Shown here piece after piece: positions 1 to 7,432 of a stretch of DNA of 60,776 bases. The DNA lies in the IMG/VR virus record IMGVR_UViG_3300046739_000367, positions 1-60,776 of that record. One strand, written 5' to 3'. The stretch is from a virus (taxonomy: Duplodnaviria > Caudoviricetes). The notes below the pieces were generated by a model. The model was not told the origin of the DNA, did not search any database, and worked only from the letters and a program-made list of their open reading frames with translations. The first letter of the stretch is position 1; every line of letters starts with the position of its first letter. The position numbers and the translations under genes are program-made.

Positions 1-127
1 CACCACCCCTTCTCGAAGGAGCAGCAGAAATGCCTCAGCCATCAATCGGACAGGTACACGTCAATCGCCCGCTGACGAACATCAGCGTGGCGACGATCCA
101 GGATCTCGACTACTTCGCGTGGACGCG
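1..127. repeat. terminal direct repeat, left copy (assembly overlap of a circular contig)
   Basis: 1-127 is identical to 60650-60776. The repeat cuts through the capsid gene start, and 127 is a common assembler k-mer size. Confidence 0.93.
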
Positions 128-1019
128 CGAAGGGATCCTGCCGTCGGACAAGAAATCCGACCTCTACTTCATCTACAACCAGAACGACTGGTTGCGTGAT
201 GAGGCTCAGCTGCGCGGCACGGCGATGGAGTCCGCAGGCGGCGGCTACAACGTTTCGACCACGCCGTTCAACTGCCAGGTCTACGCCTACCACAAGGACG
301 TGGACGAGCAGGTGCGCAGCAACACGGACGATCCGCTCGACGGCAAGCGGGACGCGATCAAGTTCGTGACGCGGAAGATGCTGATCCGCCAGGAGCGTCA
401 GGGCGTCAGCGACTTCTTCTCCACCGGTATCTGGACGGGTTCCAGCACCGGCGGCGACCTCACGCTCGGCTCCGGGTTTGCCCTCCGCTGGGACGATCCG
501 ACGTCGACCCCGATCGAAGACGTTCAGGTGCAGCAGGCCGCGCTGCTCACCAACTGCGGGTGGCTCCCGAACCGCTTCAACCTGGGCTTCCAGGTGTACC
601 AGAAGCTGATCCGTCACCCCGACGTCATCGACCTGATCAAGTACGGTGCGTCGCCGGGCTCGCCGGCCATCGCGAACGAGGCGGCCCTCGCGAAGATCTT
701 CTCGGTGGACGAAGTCGTCGTCTCCAAGAGCGTCTACGCGTCGAACGTCGAGAACGCGACCGCCGTGTACGCCCTCACCGCGGGGAAGAACGCGATGCTC
801 GAGTACCTGGCCGAGAAGCCCGGCCTGTACACGATGTCCTCGCGCTACTCCTTCATGTGGAAGGGCGTGTCGTACGGTCTCGGTGAGACCATCGGAGCGT
901 ACGAGATCCCGATGCCCTGGCTCGGCCTCACGACGAAGCGCTGCGAGGCGCAGATCGCGTTCGCCAACCAGATCATCAACGCCAACGCAGGCGCGTTCTT
1001 CTCGGCCGTCGTCAACTAG
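30..1019 (+). CDS. major capsid protein (HK97 fold, gpE-like)
   Basis: 329 aa, follows the scaffold and decoration genes across the junction. GAAGGAG RBS, LTNISV N-terminal motif, strongly biased codons. Confidence 0.85.
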   Translation: MPQPSIGQVHVNRPLTNISVATIQDLDYFAWTREGILPSDKKSDLYFIYNQNDWLRDEAQLRGTAMESAGGGYNVSTTPFNCQVYAYHKDVDEQVRSNTDDPLDGKRDAIKFVTRKMLIRQERQGVSDFFSTGIWTGSSTGGDLTLGSGFALRWDDPTSTPIEDVQVQQAALLTNCGWLPNRFNLGFQVYQKLIRHPDVIDLIKYGASPGSPAIANEAALAKIFSVDEVVVSKSVYASNVENATAVYALTAGKNAMLEYLAEKPGLYTMSSRYSFMWKGVSYGLGETIGAYEIPMPWLGLTTKRCEAQIAFANQIINANAGAFFSAVVN

Positions 1020-1034
1020 GCCGACGAGGAAACC

Positions 1035-1364
1035 ATGGCCGCCACGTACGTTGCGCTGAAGGACTTCAACGTAGGGAAGTCCTCCTACAAGAAAGGCCAG
1101 CCGGTCAATACAGACGGCTGGCCGTTCCGTCGCGATGTCCTTCTGGAATCGCAACGTTTCATCAAGCGTCTTCCATCGCCGAACCGGAAGTACCGGGCAG
1201 CTCGCGCGGGCCTCCGGATCGGCGACGTCATTCATGAGCAGGGGCAGATCGTCGATCACTCTAGCCTCACTCCGGAAAAAATCGACCAGCTGGTCGGGCT
1301 GAGACATCTCGTGATCGACGAGACAGCCCCTCAACAGCCGGCTTCGACGGGAAAGAAGGCCTAG
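1035..1364 (+). CDS. hypothetical head-module protein
   Basis: GAGG RBS, in the structural operon. Confidence 0.6.
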   Translation: MAATYVALKDFNVGKSSYKKGQPVNTDGWPFRRDVLLESQRFIKRLPSPNRKYRAARAGLRIGDVIHEQGQIVDHSSLTPEKIDQLVGLRHLVIDETAPQQPASTGKKA

Positions 1365-1365
1365 C

Positions 1366-1902
1366 ATGGCGATCAAGGAACGTGCAAAGACATTCTTCTA
1401 CTACCTCGGTGGCTTCAAGAAAGTCGTCATCGGGGGCAACGGTCAGGATGCTGGCGCGCAGACACAGGTCAACATCAGCAAGCTGATCACCGGCATGGCC
1501 GACGCCACGTTCGTCGACCTCTTCACCGTGACTGTGCCGAACTCGGCACAGGCTGCGACGATCGAGATCACGCTCATGGGCTCCCTCGGAGCCGGTGGCG
1601 CGGTCGGCGCCTTCGAATCGTCGAACGGTGCGTTCGGTCTCGTCACCGTCGCACGTACGGCCGGTGTCGCTACCGTCGCAGTCGCCGCTGCCCTCACCTC
1701 GTCCGCAGTCGCCAGCGTCGCCGGTGCGAACAACGCCGCGGTCGCCTACCAGGTCTCCGCGATCACGGGCGCGAACGGCGCGACTCAGACATTCACCATC
1801 CAGGCGAAGGTCACGAAGTCGCTCGGCGCTTCGGCAAACCATCAGGTCCTCGCGATCGCCGGACTCCTGAATTCGCAGGGCTCGGGCGTCACGATCGCGT
1901 AA
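1366..1902 (+). CDS. putative virion structural protein (Ala/Thr/Gly-rich beta protein)
   Basis: Position after the capsid gene and composition typical of decoration or fibre proteins. Confidence 0.55.
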   Translation: MAIKERAKTFFYYLGGFKKVVIGGNGQDAGAQTQVNISKLITGMADATFVDLFTVTVPNSAQAATIEITLMGSLGAGGAVGAFESSNGAFGLVTVARTAGVATVAVAAALTSSAVASVAGANNAAVAYQVSAITGANGATQTFTIQAKVTKSLGASANHQVLAIAGLLNSQGSGVTIA

Positions 1903-1914
1903 GGGAGAACGAAG

Positions 1915-2259
1915 ATGGCAGTTACCGCTGGCATCGCTTACTCCGCCACTCTCACGGGAGACGTGGCGGGGTCTCTTCCGACCCTCGCCGCGTTCAACAA
2001 CGCGACGTCACCGGCTCAGCGTCAGGTCATCGCACTGAGCGCCGGTGCAAACACAATCACGCCTGCAGCCGGCTCGCGCATGGCGATTCTCGTTCCGCCG
2101 TCCGGCAGCACGAACGGCAAGACCCTGAAGGGGATCACAGGAGACACCGGCGTTCCGCTCGACGCCGCTGCCGTCGCGTGCATTCCGCTTCCAGCAGGGC
2201 CCGGAACGTTCGTGATCACGTCGGTCGGAACCGAAAACCTCACGATCTACTGGTTCTAG
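1915..2259 (+). CDS. putative virion structural protein
   Basis: RBS, small beta-rich protein in the head module. Confidence 0.55.
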   Translation: MAVTAGIAYSATLTGDVAGSLPTLAAFNNATSPAQRQVIALSAGANTITPAAGSRMAILVPPSGSTNGKTLKGITGDTGVPLDAAAVACIPLPAGPGTFVITSVGTENLTIYWF

Positions 2260-2269
2260 GAGGACCGAC

Positions 2270-2698
2270 ATGAAACGAACGATTCTGCTCATCGTCTCGC
2301 TCTTGGCGCTGCTCGTCGCGACGCCGTCTGCCCAGACGATCTCGACCATCAAACCGATCACGGCGTCTGCCACGTTGACGACCAATACGTGCGCGGGCGC
2401 CTCGATCTCCAGCACCGGCTGTATCGGAGTCAACCTCGGCGGTTACTCCCGAATCGCAGTCGGCATCTCTGGAACATGGACCGGAACGATCACCTTCGAA
2501 ATCTCTGCTGACGCCGGCACTACCTGGAACGCTTTGAACGTGTTCCCGGTGTCCGGTACACAGACGGCGGTTACGACAGCTACCGCCAACGGCATGTGGT
2601 CGACCTCCGGAAACCCCGTACCAGGATCGAAGTTCCGGGCTCGCTTCTCGACAGCAACGAGCGGCAGCCCGGTCGTTACCATCATCGCGACGTTCTAG
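2270..2698 (+). CDS. beta-sandwich protein with a predicted Sec signal peptide
   Basis: MKR + hydrophobic core + PSA|QT. Mature part GTWTGTITFEISADAGTTW resembles phage decoration-type domains. Confidence 0.6.
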   Translation: MKRTILLIVSLLALLVATPSAQTISTIKPITASATLTTNTCAGASISSTGCIGVNLGGYSRIAVGISGTWTGTITFEISADAGTTWNALNVFPVSGTQTAVTTATANGMWSTSGNPVPGSKFRARFSTATSGSPVVTIIATF

Positions 2699-2707
2699 GA
2701 GGAAAAC

Positions 2708-2863
2708 ATGCTCCCACTCATCTCGCTCCTTCTCCTCGCGTTCGCGGTTTGCTGCTTCGCCTTCGCGGCGTGGCAGCCGACCTCTCCGACCTGGAACCGT
2801 GCGGTTGCAGTTGGCCTCACGTTCTGGGTGTTCGTGGAACTCCTGCGCTTCGCAGTGAAGTAG
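2708..2863 (+). CDS. small membrane protein (51 aa, two hydrophobic segments; not in the ORF track)
   Basis: AGGAGG RBS, then MLPLISLLLLAFAVCCFAFAAWQPTSPTWNRAVAVGLTFWVFVELLRFAVK; fills the intergenic gap. Confidence 0.7.
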   Translation: MLPLISLLLLAFAVCCFAFAAWQPTSPTWNRAVAVGLTFWVFVELLRFAVK

Positions 2864-2867
2864 GCTG

Positions 2868-3374
2868 ATGGCTCTCCACTGGACGTACAACGCCGCGTTC
2901 TACGATCAGACGGTCTCACCGTATCCGCAGCCGTCAAACCCTGCGGTTACGGTGGGAGTCCGTGATCAGGTTCGTTTCCTCATGCAGGATACGAACACGA
3001 ACCGGCAACTCGTGTTCGACGAAGAAATCGACTGGGTACAGTCGCAAGAGGCGAACGCCTACATGATGGCGGCCCGGTGCATCGAAATCTTCATCATCCG
3101 GAATTTCGGCCAGAACAAGAAGAAGGTAGGAGACCTCGAACTCGGGTACGATCTCCGCTTCTTCAAGTCTCTCGCCGCTGACCTTCGTGCACGCGGGATG
3201 ACGTACCAGGTTCCGTATGTCGGCGGGATCTCGATCGCCGACAAGATCGCTCAGGAGAACGATCCGGACTGGGTTGCGCCTCGCATTGGCATGACGACGT
3301 TCGACAATCCTGGGGCGGAGCAGCCGGGCACGATCACTTCGAACGATCAAAACCCGCCGTTCCCGCATAACTAA
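2868..3374 (+). CDS. head-tail adaptor (connector)
   Basis: RDQVRFLMQDT...DEEI...KKKVGDLEL motif typical of adaptors; synteny. Confidence 0.7.
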   Translation: MALHWTYNAAFYDQTVSPYPQPSNPAVTVGVRDQVRFLMQDTNTNRQLVFDEEIDWVQSQEANAYMMAARCIEIFIIRNFGQNKKKVGDLELGYDLRFFKSLAADLRARGMTYQVPYVGGISIADKIAQENDPDWVAPRIGMTTFDNPGAEQPGTITSNDQNPPFPHN

Positions 3375-3376
3375 CC

Positions 3377-3730
3377 ATGAGACTGACCGAGCTCTCTCCC
3401 CGCTGGTGTGCAGAGTATAACGCGCCTCCTGACGCGAAGCAAGGGGTGTCGTTTCTCTGTCCGCACTGCAAGGTGACGAGACTCGCGATCTTCTTCGCTC
3501 CGACTATCTGCGGGCGGGAACCGGTCGATATCAAGTTGGTACACAAGCAGCAGATCCTGTCCGATCAGGACCCTCAGCACGTCGGACATCTTGCAGACGA
3601 ACACGTTGGACGAATCGTCTGGACTCGCGTGAACGGAGAGACCTTCGACACACTCTCACTTCAGCCGTCAATCGACGCAAGCGCCTGGGGCTGCTGGCAC
3701 GGACACATCACGAACGGAGAAGTCCAGTGA
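3377..3730 (+). CDS. DUF6527-like metal-binding protein
   Basis: FLCPHC ... TLSLQPSI ... CWHGHITNG pattern. Confidence 0.55.
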   Translation: MRLTELSPRWCAEYNAPPDAKQGVSFLCPHCKVTRLAIFFAPTICGREPVDIKLVHKQQILSDQDPQHVGHLADEHVGRIVWTRVNGETFDTLSLQPSIDASAWGCWHGHITNGEVQ

Positions 3731-4062
3731 GTTACACCGACTTCCTCGACATGATGGCGGATACGATCACGATCTACGCGATGCTGCCGACTCTCGACTC
3801 GTCCGGCAAGCCGCAGTACGATCTGGCGCATCCGCAGGTCTTCCCCTGTCGCATTCAAATGGGGAACCACATCGTTGTCGATGCAAGCGGACGAGAAGTT
3901 ACCGCGCGCGGAACGATCTTCGTCGGAACGTTCGTCGCTCCTCCGCTGACGTCGAAGATCGTGCTTCCCCCGGACTACACGGTGCAATCCCCGCCGATCA
4001 TTGATTCGTCGTCCGTCCGTGACGAGAACGGACCGCACCACGTCAAGCTGGAGATCGGCTAA
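3727..4062 (+). CDS. head closure (stopper) protein
   Basis: 111 aa, synteny, overlapping GTGA start. Confidence 0.6.
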   Translation: MSYTDFLDMMADTITIYAMLPTLDSSGKPQYDLAHPQVFPCRIQMGNHIVVDASGREVTARGTIFVGTFVAPPLTSKIVLPPDYTVQSPPIIDSSSVRDENGPHHVKLEIG

Positions 4063-4682
4063 TGGCGAATACCATCCGCATCGACGCCACTACCGGGAAG
4101 AAGGTACTCCGCGTCTCCACGCCTCCGAAGAAGGCGGTGCCGAAGGTTGACTTCCAGTCCGGAGGGACCGGCGCAGACGTCTTCTACCAGGCCTCCGGCT
4201 TCGGTGCGATGATCGAGAACATCGGAAACCTTCCGAAGCTGTACAAGGATGCTGCCGGGTACGAAGTCGCGAACATCCTCGCCGACATCATCCAGGACTC
4301 GCGTGACAACTACGTCCCGTACCAGAACGGGCCGCTCCGTGACTCCGCGGGCTCCGACGAGTACGTTCCCGCTGCCGAAAACGTACTCGAGATGGGATGC
4401 TGGTATGCGTCGCCAGGAGGCCACATCGGACTGGGTTCTCAGACTCGACAGGTTGGTAAGAAGACTGCTCACCTCGCTGCGAAAGAGCAAGGCCTCCACG
4501 TTGAAGACCCCTCGCTCTACGCAATCGTCCAGCACGAAGACCCATCGTTCAAGCACCCGGTCCTCGGCCCGGTAGCGACTCCCCAGGACAAGTACCTGGA
4601 GAAGCCGTTCAACAAGATGATCCCGAACGTCATGCCGCGCGTGACGAAGGCAATCGAGGAAGCAGGAGGCTCCTGGGAATGA
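4062..4682 (+). CDS. neck / tail-completion protein (HK97 gp10-like)
   Basis: VPYQNGPLRDS ... YAIVQHE ... KYLEKPF motifs. Confidence 0.7.
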   Translation: MANTIRIDATTGKKVLRVSTPPKKAVPKVDFQSGGTGADVFYQASGFGAMIENIGNLPKLYKDAAGYEVANILADIIQDSRDNYVPYQNGPLRDSAGSDEYVPAAENVLEMGCWYASPGGHIGLGSQTRQVGKKTAHLAAKEQGLHVEDPSLYAIVQHEDPSFKHPVLGPVATPQDKYLEKPFNKMIPNVMPRVTKAIEEAGGSWE

Positions 4683-5098
4683 GCGTCGCTGCTGAACTCG
4701 TTTCCTTCGTGACCGGTGTCGGTGGGCGGACTGCCGGCACCAACCTCTTCTACGGTGAATTCAAGGAGATGTACCCCGATGACTGCGCCATTATTCGGGA
4801 GACCGGAGGAATTGCTCCGGAGCCGAATCTCGGTGAGGGAACGACTCCTGGCAAAAGTATTCGACTTCAATTTCCGTCGTGCCAGATCGTCTGTCGCGGA
4901 GTTCGTGATGACTACGACGGCCCGCGTGCGGTCGCTCTGGCCCTTTACACGAAGCTGACCTCCGTCCTGAACCAGACGATCGGAGGGATCTACTACGTCT
5001 CCGTCGACCCGATTCAAGAACCCTTTCTCATGCGAACGGACGAAACCTTCCGTTCGTACATCGCGTTCAACGTCCACGTCATAAAGGAGCTGTCGTGA
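4679..5098 (+). CDS. tail terminator (minor-capsid-like)
   Basis: ETGG..P, PSCQIVCRG, QEPF, FN motifs; synteny. Confidence 0.7.
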   Translation: MSVAAELVSFVTGVGGRTAGTNLFYGEFKEMYPDDCAIIRETGGIAPEPNLGEGTTPGKSIRLQFPSCQIVCRGVRDDYDGPRAVALALYTKLTSVLNQTIGGIYYVSVDPIQEPFLMRTDETFRSYIAFNVHVIKELS

Positions 5099-6105
5099 GG
5101 ATCGTTTTCGTCTGGCCCGTCGTCCGTATGTCGATCTGGGATGTTGCCAAAGGCCACCGTAAAGCGCTCGGCAAGGCCCTGGGCGAGGACAACATCAAGG
5201 ACTTCCACCTTGACAAACGGACCGCACTCTTCGTGAAGATGCTCGCGGAGGTCTTCGGCCGGGACGAGGCCCTCGTCGGGAAGATGGCGACGGAAGCCGT
5301 TCTCCCCGAGGCGCTCTACCACAACGCCGACGCCGTCCTCATCTTCAGCGGGCTGAACTTCCATCCTGCCGGCCTCTGGCTCCTCGAAAAGTGCCAGGTC
5401 CCGACCTCCGTCATCTTTACTGAAAGTCCGTACGAAGACGACCAACAGTACGAATGGGCGTCCACGTCGAATTCGCTGCACGTAATGACGAACGACCGCT
5501 TCTCCGCCGAGAAGTTCGGATGGGACTATCTCCCGCACGCGTACGATCCGGACGTTCACTATCCCGGCCCCCCGAACGACGTCTTCCCGCAGCACGACGT
5601 CGTGATCGTCGGCTCCGGCTGGCCGGAACGCCAGCAGTTCCTGGAAAAGGTCGACTGGACCGGGATCAACCTCGGGATCTACGGAATGTGGCCCGGGATC
5701 ACGGACGGCCATCCGTTCGAGAAGTTCTACACCCAAGGGAACATCCGGAACGAGGACACCGCCCAGCTCTACCGGAACTCAAAGATCTGCCTCAACTTCC
5801 ACCGAGGCTCGACGACCGGACGCAGCATGGGACCCCGCGCCGTCGAGATCACTGCCTGCGGAGCCTTCCAGCTTTCGGACCCCCGCGAAGAGCTCCTCCA
5901 GGTGTTTGAACAGAGCGTGCCGACGTTCGAAACCCCAGACGACTTGAGCGCTGCAATCCGGCACTTCCTTGCGGATCCGCTCGCTCGCACGACTCTCGCG
6001 AAAGAAGCTCACTCGCGTGTCGGAGCGCACACGTTCGACTCGCGAACCCCTCTCGTCCTGGATAATCTCCGGCGAGCCACCCGGTCACTGAAGGAGAAAG
6101 TCTAA
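5095..6105 (+). CDS. glycosyltransferase, GT-B, CgeB/Glyco_trans_1_2-like
   Basis: YLPHAYDP, VVIVGS...ERQQFL, YRNSKICLNFHR, PRAVEITACGAFQL, HTFDSR. Confidence 0.85.
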   Translation: MRIVFVWPVVRMSIWDVAKGHRKALGKALGEDNIKDFHLDKRTALFVKMLAEVFGRDEALVGKMATEAVLPEALYHNADAVLIFSGLNFHPAGLWLLEKCQVPTSVIFTESPYEDDQQYEWASTSNSLHVMTNDRFSAEKFGWDYLPHAYDPDVHYPGPPNDVFPQHDVVIVGSGWPERQQFLEKVDWTGINLGIYGMWPGITDGHPFEKFYTQGNIRNEDTAQLYRNSKICLNFHRGSTTGRSMGPRAVEITACGAFQLSDPREELLQVFEQSVPTFETPDDLSAAIRHFLADPLARTTLAKEAHSRVGAHTFDSRTPLVLDNLRRATRSLKEKV

Positions 6106-6545
6106 TGTCACATCCAATCCATGGAAAAGGCGCGCTCGTCATGCTCGGGACGACGAACGGCGGGGCGGCCAGCCCTGTCGCAAATCAGCTGAGCTGGTCC
6201 CTCGACTTCGACATGTCGATCGTCGACGTCAGCCCCCTGAACAGCTCGGGCACCGGCCAGGGCAACTGGAAGCAGTTCGTCAAGGGGATGAAGGGCTGGA
6301 CGGGCACGTTCGCGGGGAACTTCGACGAGGGCGCGACCCAGCTCTGGTACGCGTCGATCCTCGACAACTACGTGAACTTCTACCTGTACCCGAACTACTC
6401 GAACAACCAGGCCGAGTACTACTACGGTACGGCGTGGATCCAGCTCGGCAAGATCGCCGAAGGCTCGACGACCTCCAAGGCTTCGAGCGGGTTTAAGGCG
6501 ACCGGCGACGGTCCGCTGTTCACGAACCCGGCGTCGATCTTCTAA
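6105..6545 (+). CDS. major tail tube protein
   Basis: SWSLD...DVS...WKQFVKGMKGWTGTFAG...GDGPL is typical of tube proteins. Confidence 0.8.
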   Translation: MSHPIHGKGALVMLGTTNGGAASPVANQLSWSLDFDMSIVDVSPLNSSGTGQGNWKQFVKGMKGWTGTFAGNFDEGATQLWYASILDNYVNFYLYPNYSNNQAEYYYGTAWIQLGKIAEGSTTSKASSGFKATGDGPLFTNPASIF

Positions 6546-6550
6546 TCGTC

Positions 6551-6847
6551 GTGGTCACGCTCTCTGGCGGAGCGGGTCGTGCGTATGTCGGGCACCAAGA
6601 GGCGATGGTCCTTGGTGCCTGGCATATCGCGTACAACGATGTCGTGGATCTCGGGAACCGTCGATACGGCCTCGGATCCGCGACAATCGATCACGCGAAC
6701 GAGTTCTGGGCATTGATGCCGATCACTCACCTCGTCCTCCGGTCGGGGACCCAGGCATGGACGTGGAGGGAAGTCGAAGTCAAGTTAGGAATGCTTCTCG
6801 AGTTCAACGTCACAGGAGACCCTGAAATCTCAGAGTGGAGGGAGTAG
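6551..6847 (+). CDS. hypothetical tail-module protein
   Basis: Fills the gap between the tube and chaperone genes. Confidence 0.5.
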   Translation: MVTLSGGAGRAYVGHQEAMVLGAWHIAYNDVVDLGNRRYGLGSATIDHANEFWALMPITHLVLRSGTQAWTWREVEVKLGMLLEFNVTGDPEISEWRE

Positions 6848-6852
6848 TCAAC

Positions 6853-7332
6853 ATGGCGCACGATAGGTTCTGTTTTCCCGGTACCAAGCGCATCGATATC
6901 TCGGACGGCGATCACATCGTCGTCAAGACCGGACTCACTGCCGGCGAGAAACGGCGCATGGACAATCTTGCGGTCACGCCGATCATCGATAACGGCAAGT
7001 ACGTCGGCGACCGCGTCGACTTCACCGAGTACGAATTCCTCCGGACGGACCTCTGGATCACCGATTGGTCGATCACCCGTGAGATCGACGGGAAGGTCGT
7101 CAAGATCCCGAAGTCGGTTTCGTCATTGAAGGCGATGGAAGAGGAAGACTTCGAAGAGATCAACCAGGCCGTCTTCAAGCACATCATGGAGTGGATGCAA
7201 GCAAAAAAATCCCTGAGGGCCGCGAGGAACGCGGGCGGCAATTCGCTACCCTCGAAGAGTACAACTCTGCCGTCCTCCGAAGCGACATCTCCCTCATCAA
7301 GTGGCTCGGATTCACCTCCTACGACGCACTGA
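6853..7332 (+). CDS. tail assembly chaperone (gpG-like)
   Basis: Upstream of the tape measure gene, contains a slippery site; ATG at 6853 follows GGAG. Confidence 0.75.
   Translation: MAHDRFCFPGTKRIDISDGDHIVVKTGLTAGEKRRMDNLAVTPIIDNGKYVGDRVDFTEYEFLRTDLWITDWSITREIDGKVVKIPKSVSSLKAMEEEDFEEINQAVFKHIMEWMQAKKSLRAARNAGGNSLPSKSTTLPSSEATSPSSSGSDSPPTTH
7203..7209 (+). other. -1 programmed ribosomal frameshift site A-AAA-AAA
   Basis: In-frame GCA AAA AAA TCC. The -1 frame stays open to 7424, just before the tape measure gene. Confidence 0.8.
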
Positions 7333-7424
7333 TGAACGCGCCGGAGGAACTGATCGTCGAAGCGATCCGTTGGATGAACGACATCGAAGAAGAACGGATC
7401 CACGAGGAACTGCGTAACCTGTAG
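7209..7424 (+). CDS. frameshift extension of the tail chaperone (gpGT-like C-terminus)
   Basis: The -1 frame reads IPEGREERG...EELRNL. Confidence 0.7.
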   Translation: MPEGREERGRQFATLEEYNSAVLRSDISLIKWLGFTSYDALMNAPEELIVEAIRWMNDIEEERIHEELRNL

Positions 7425-7432
7425 AGGCATTC

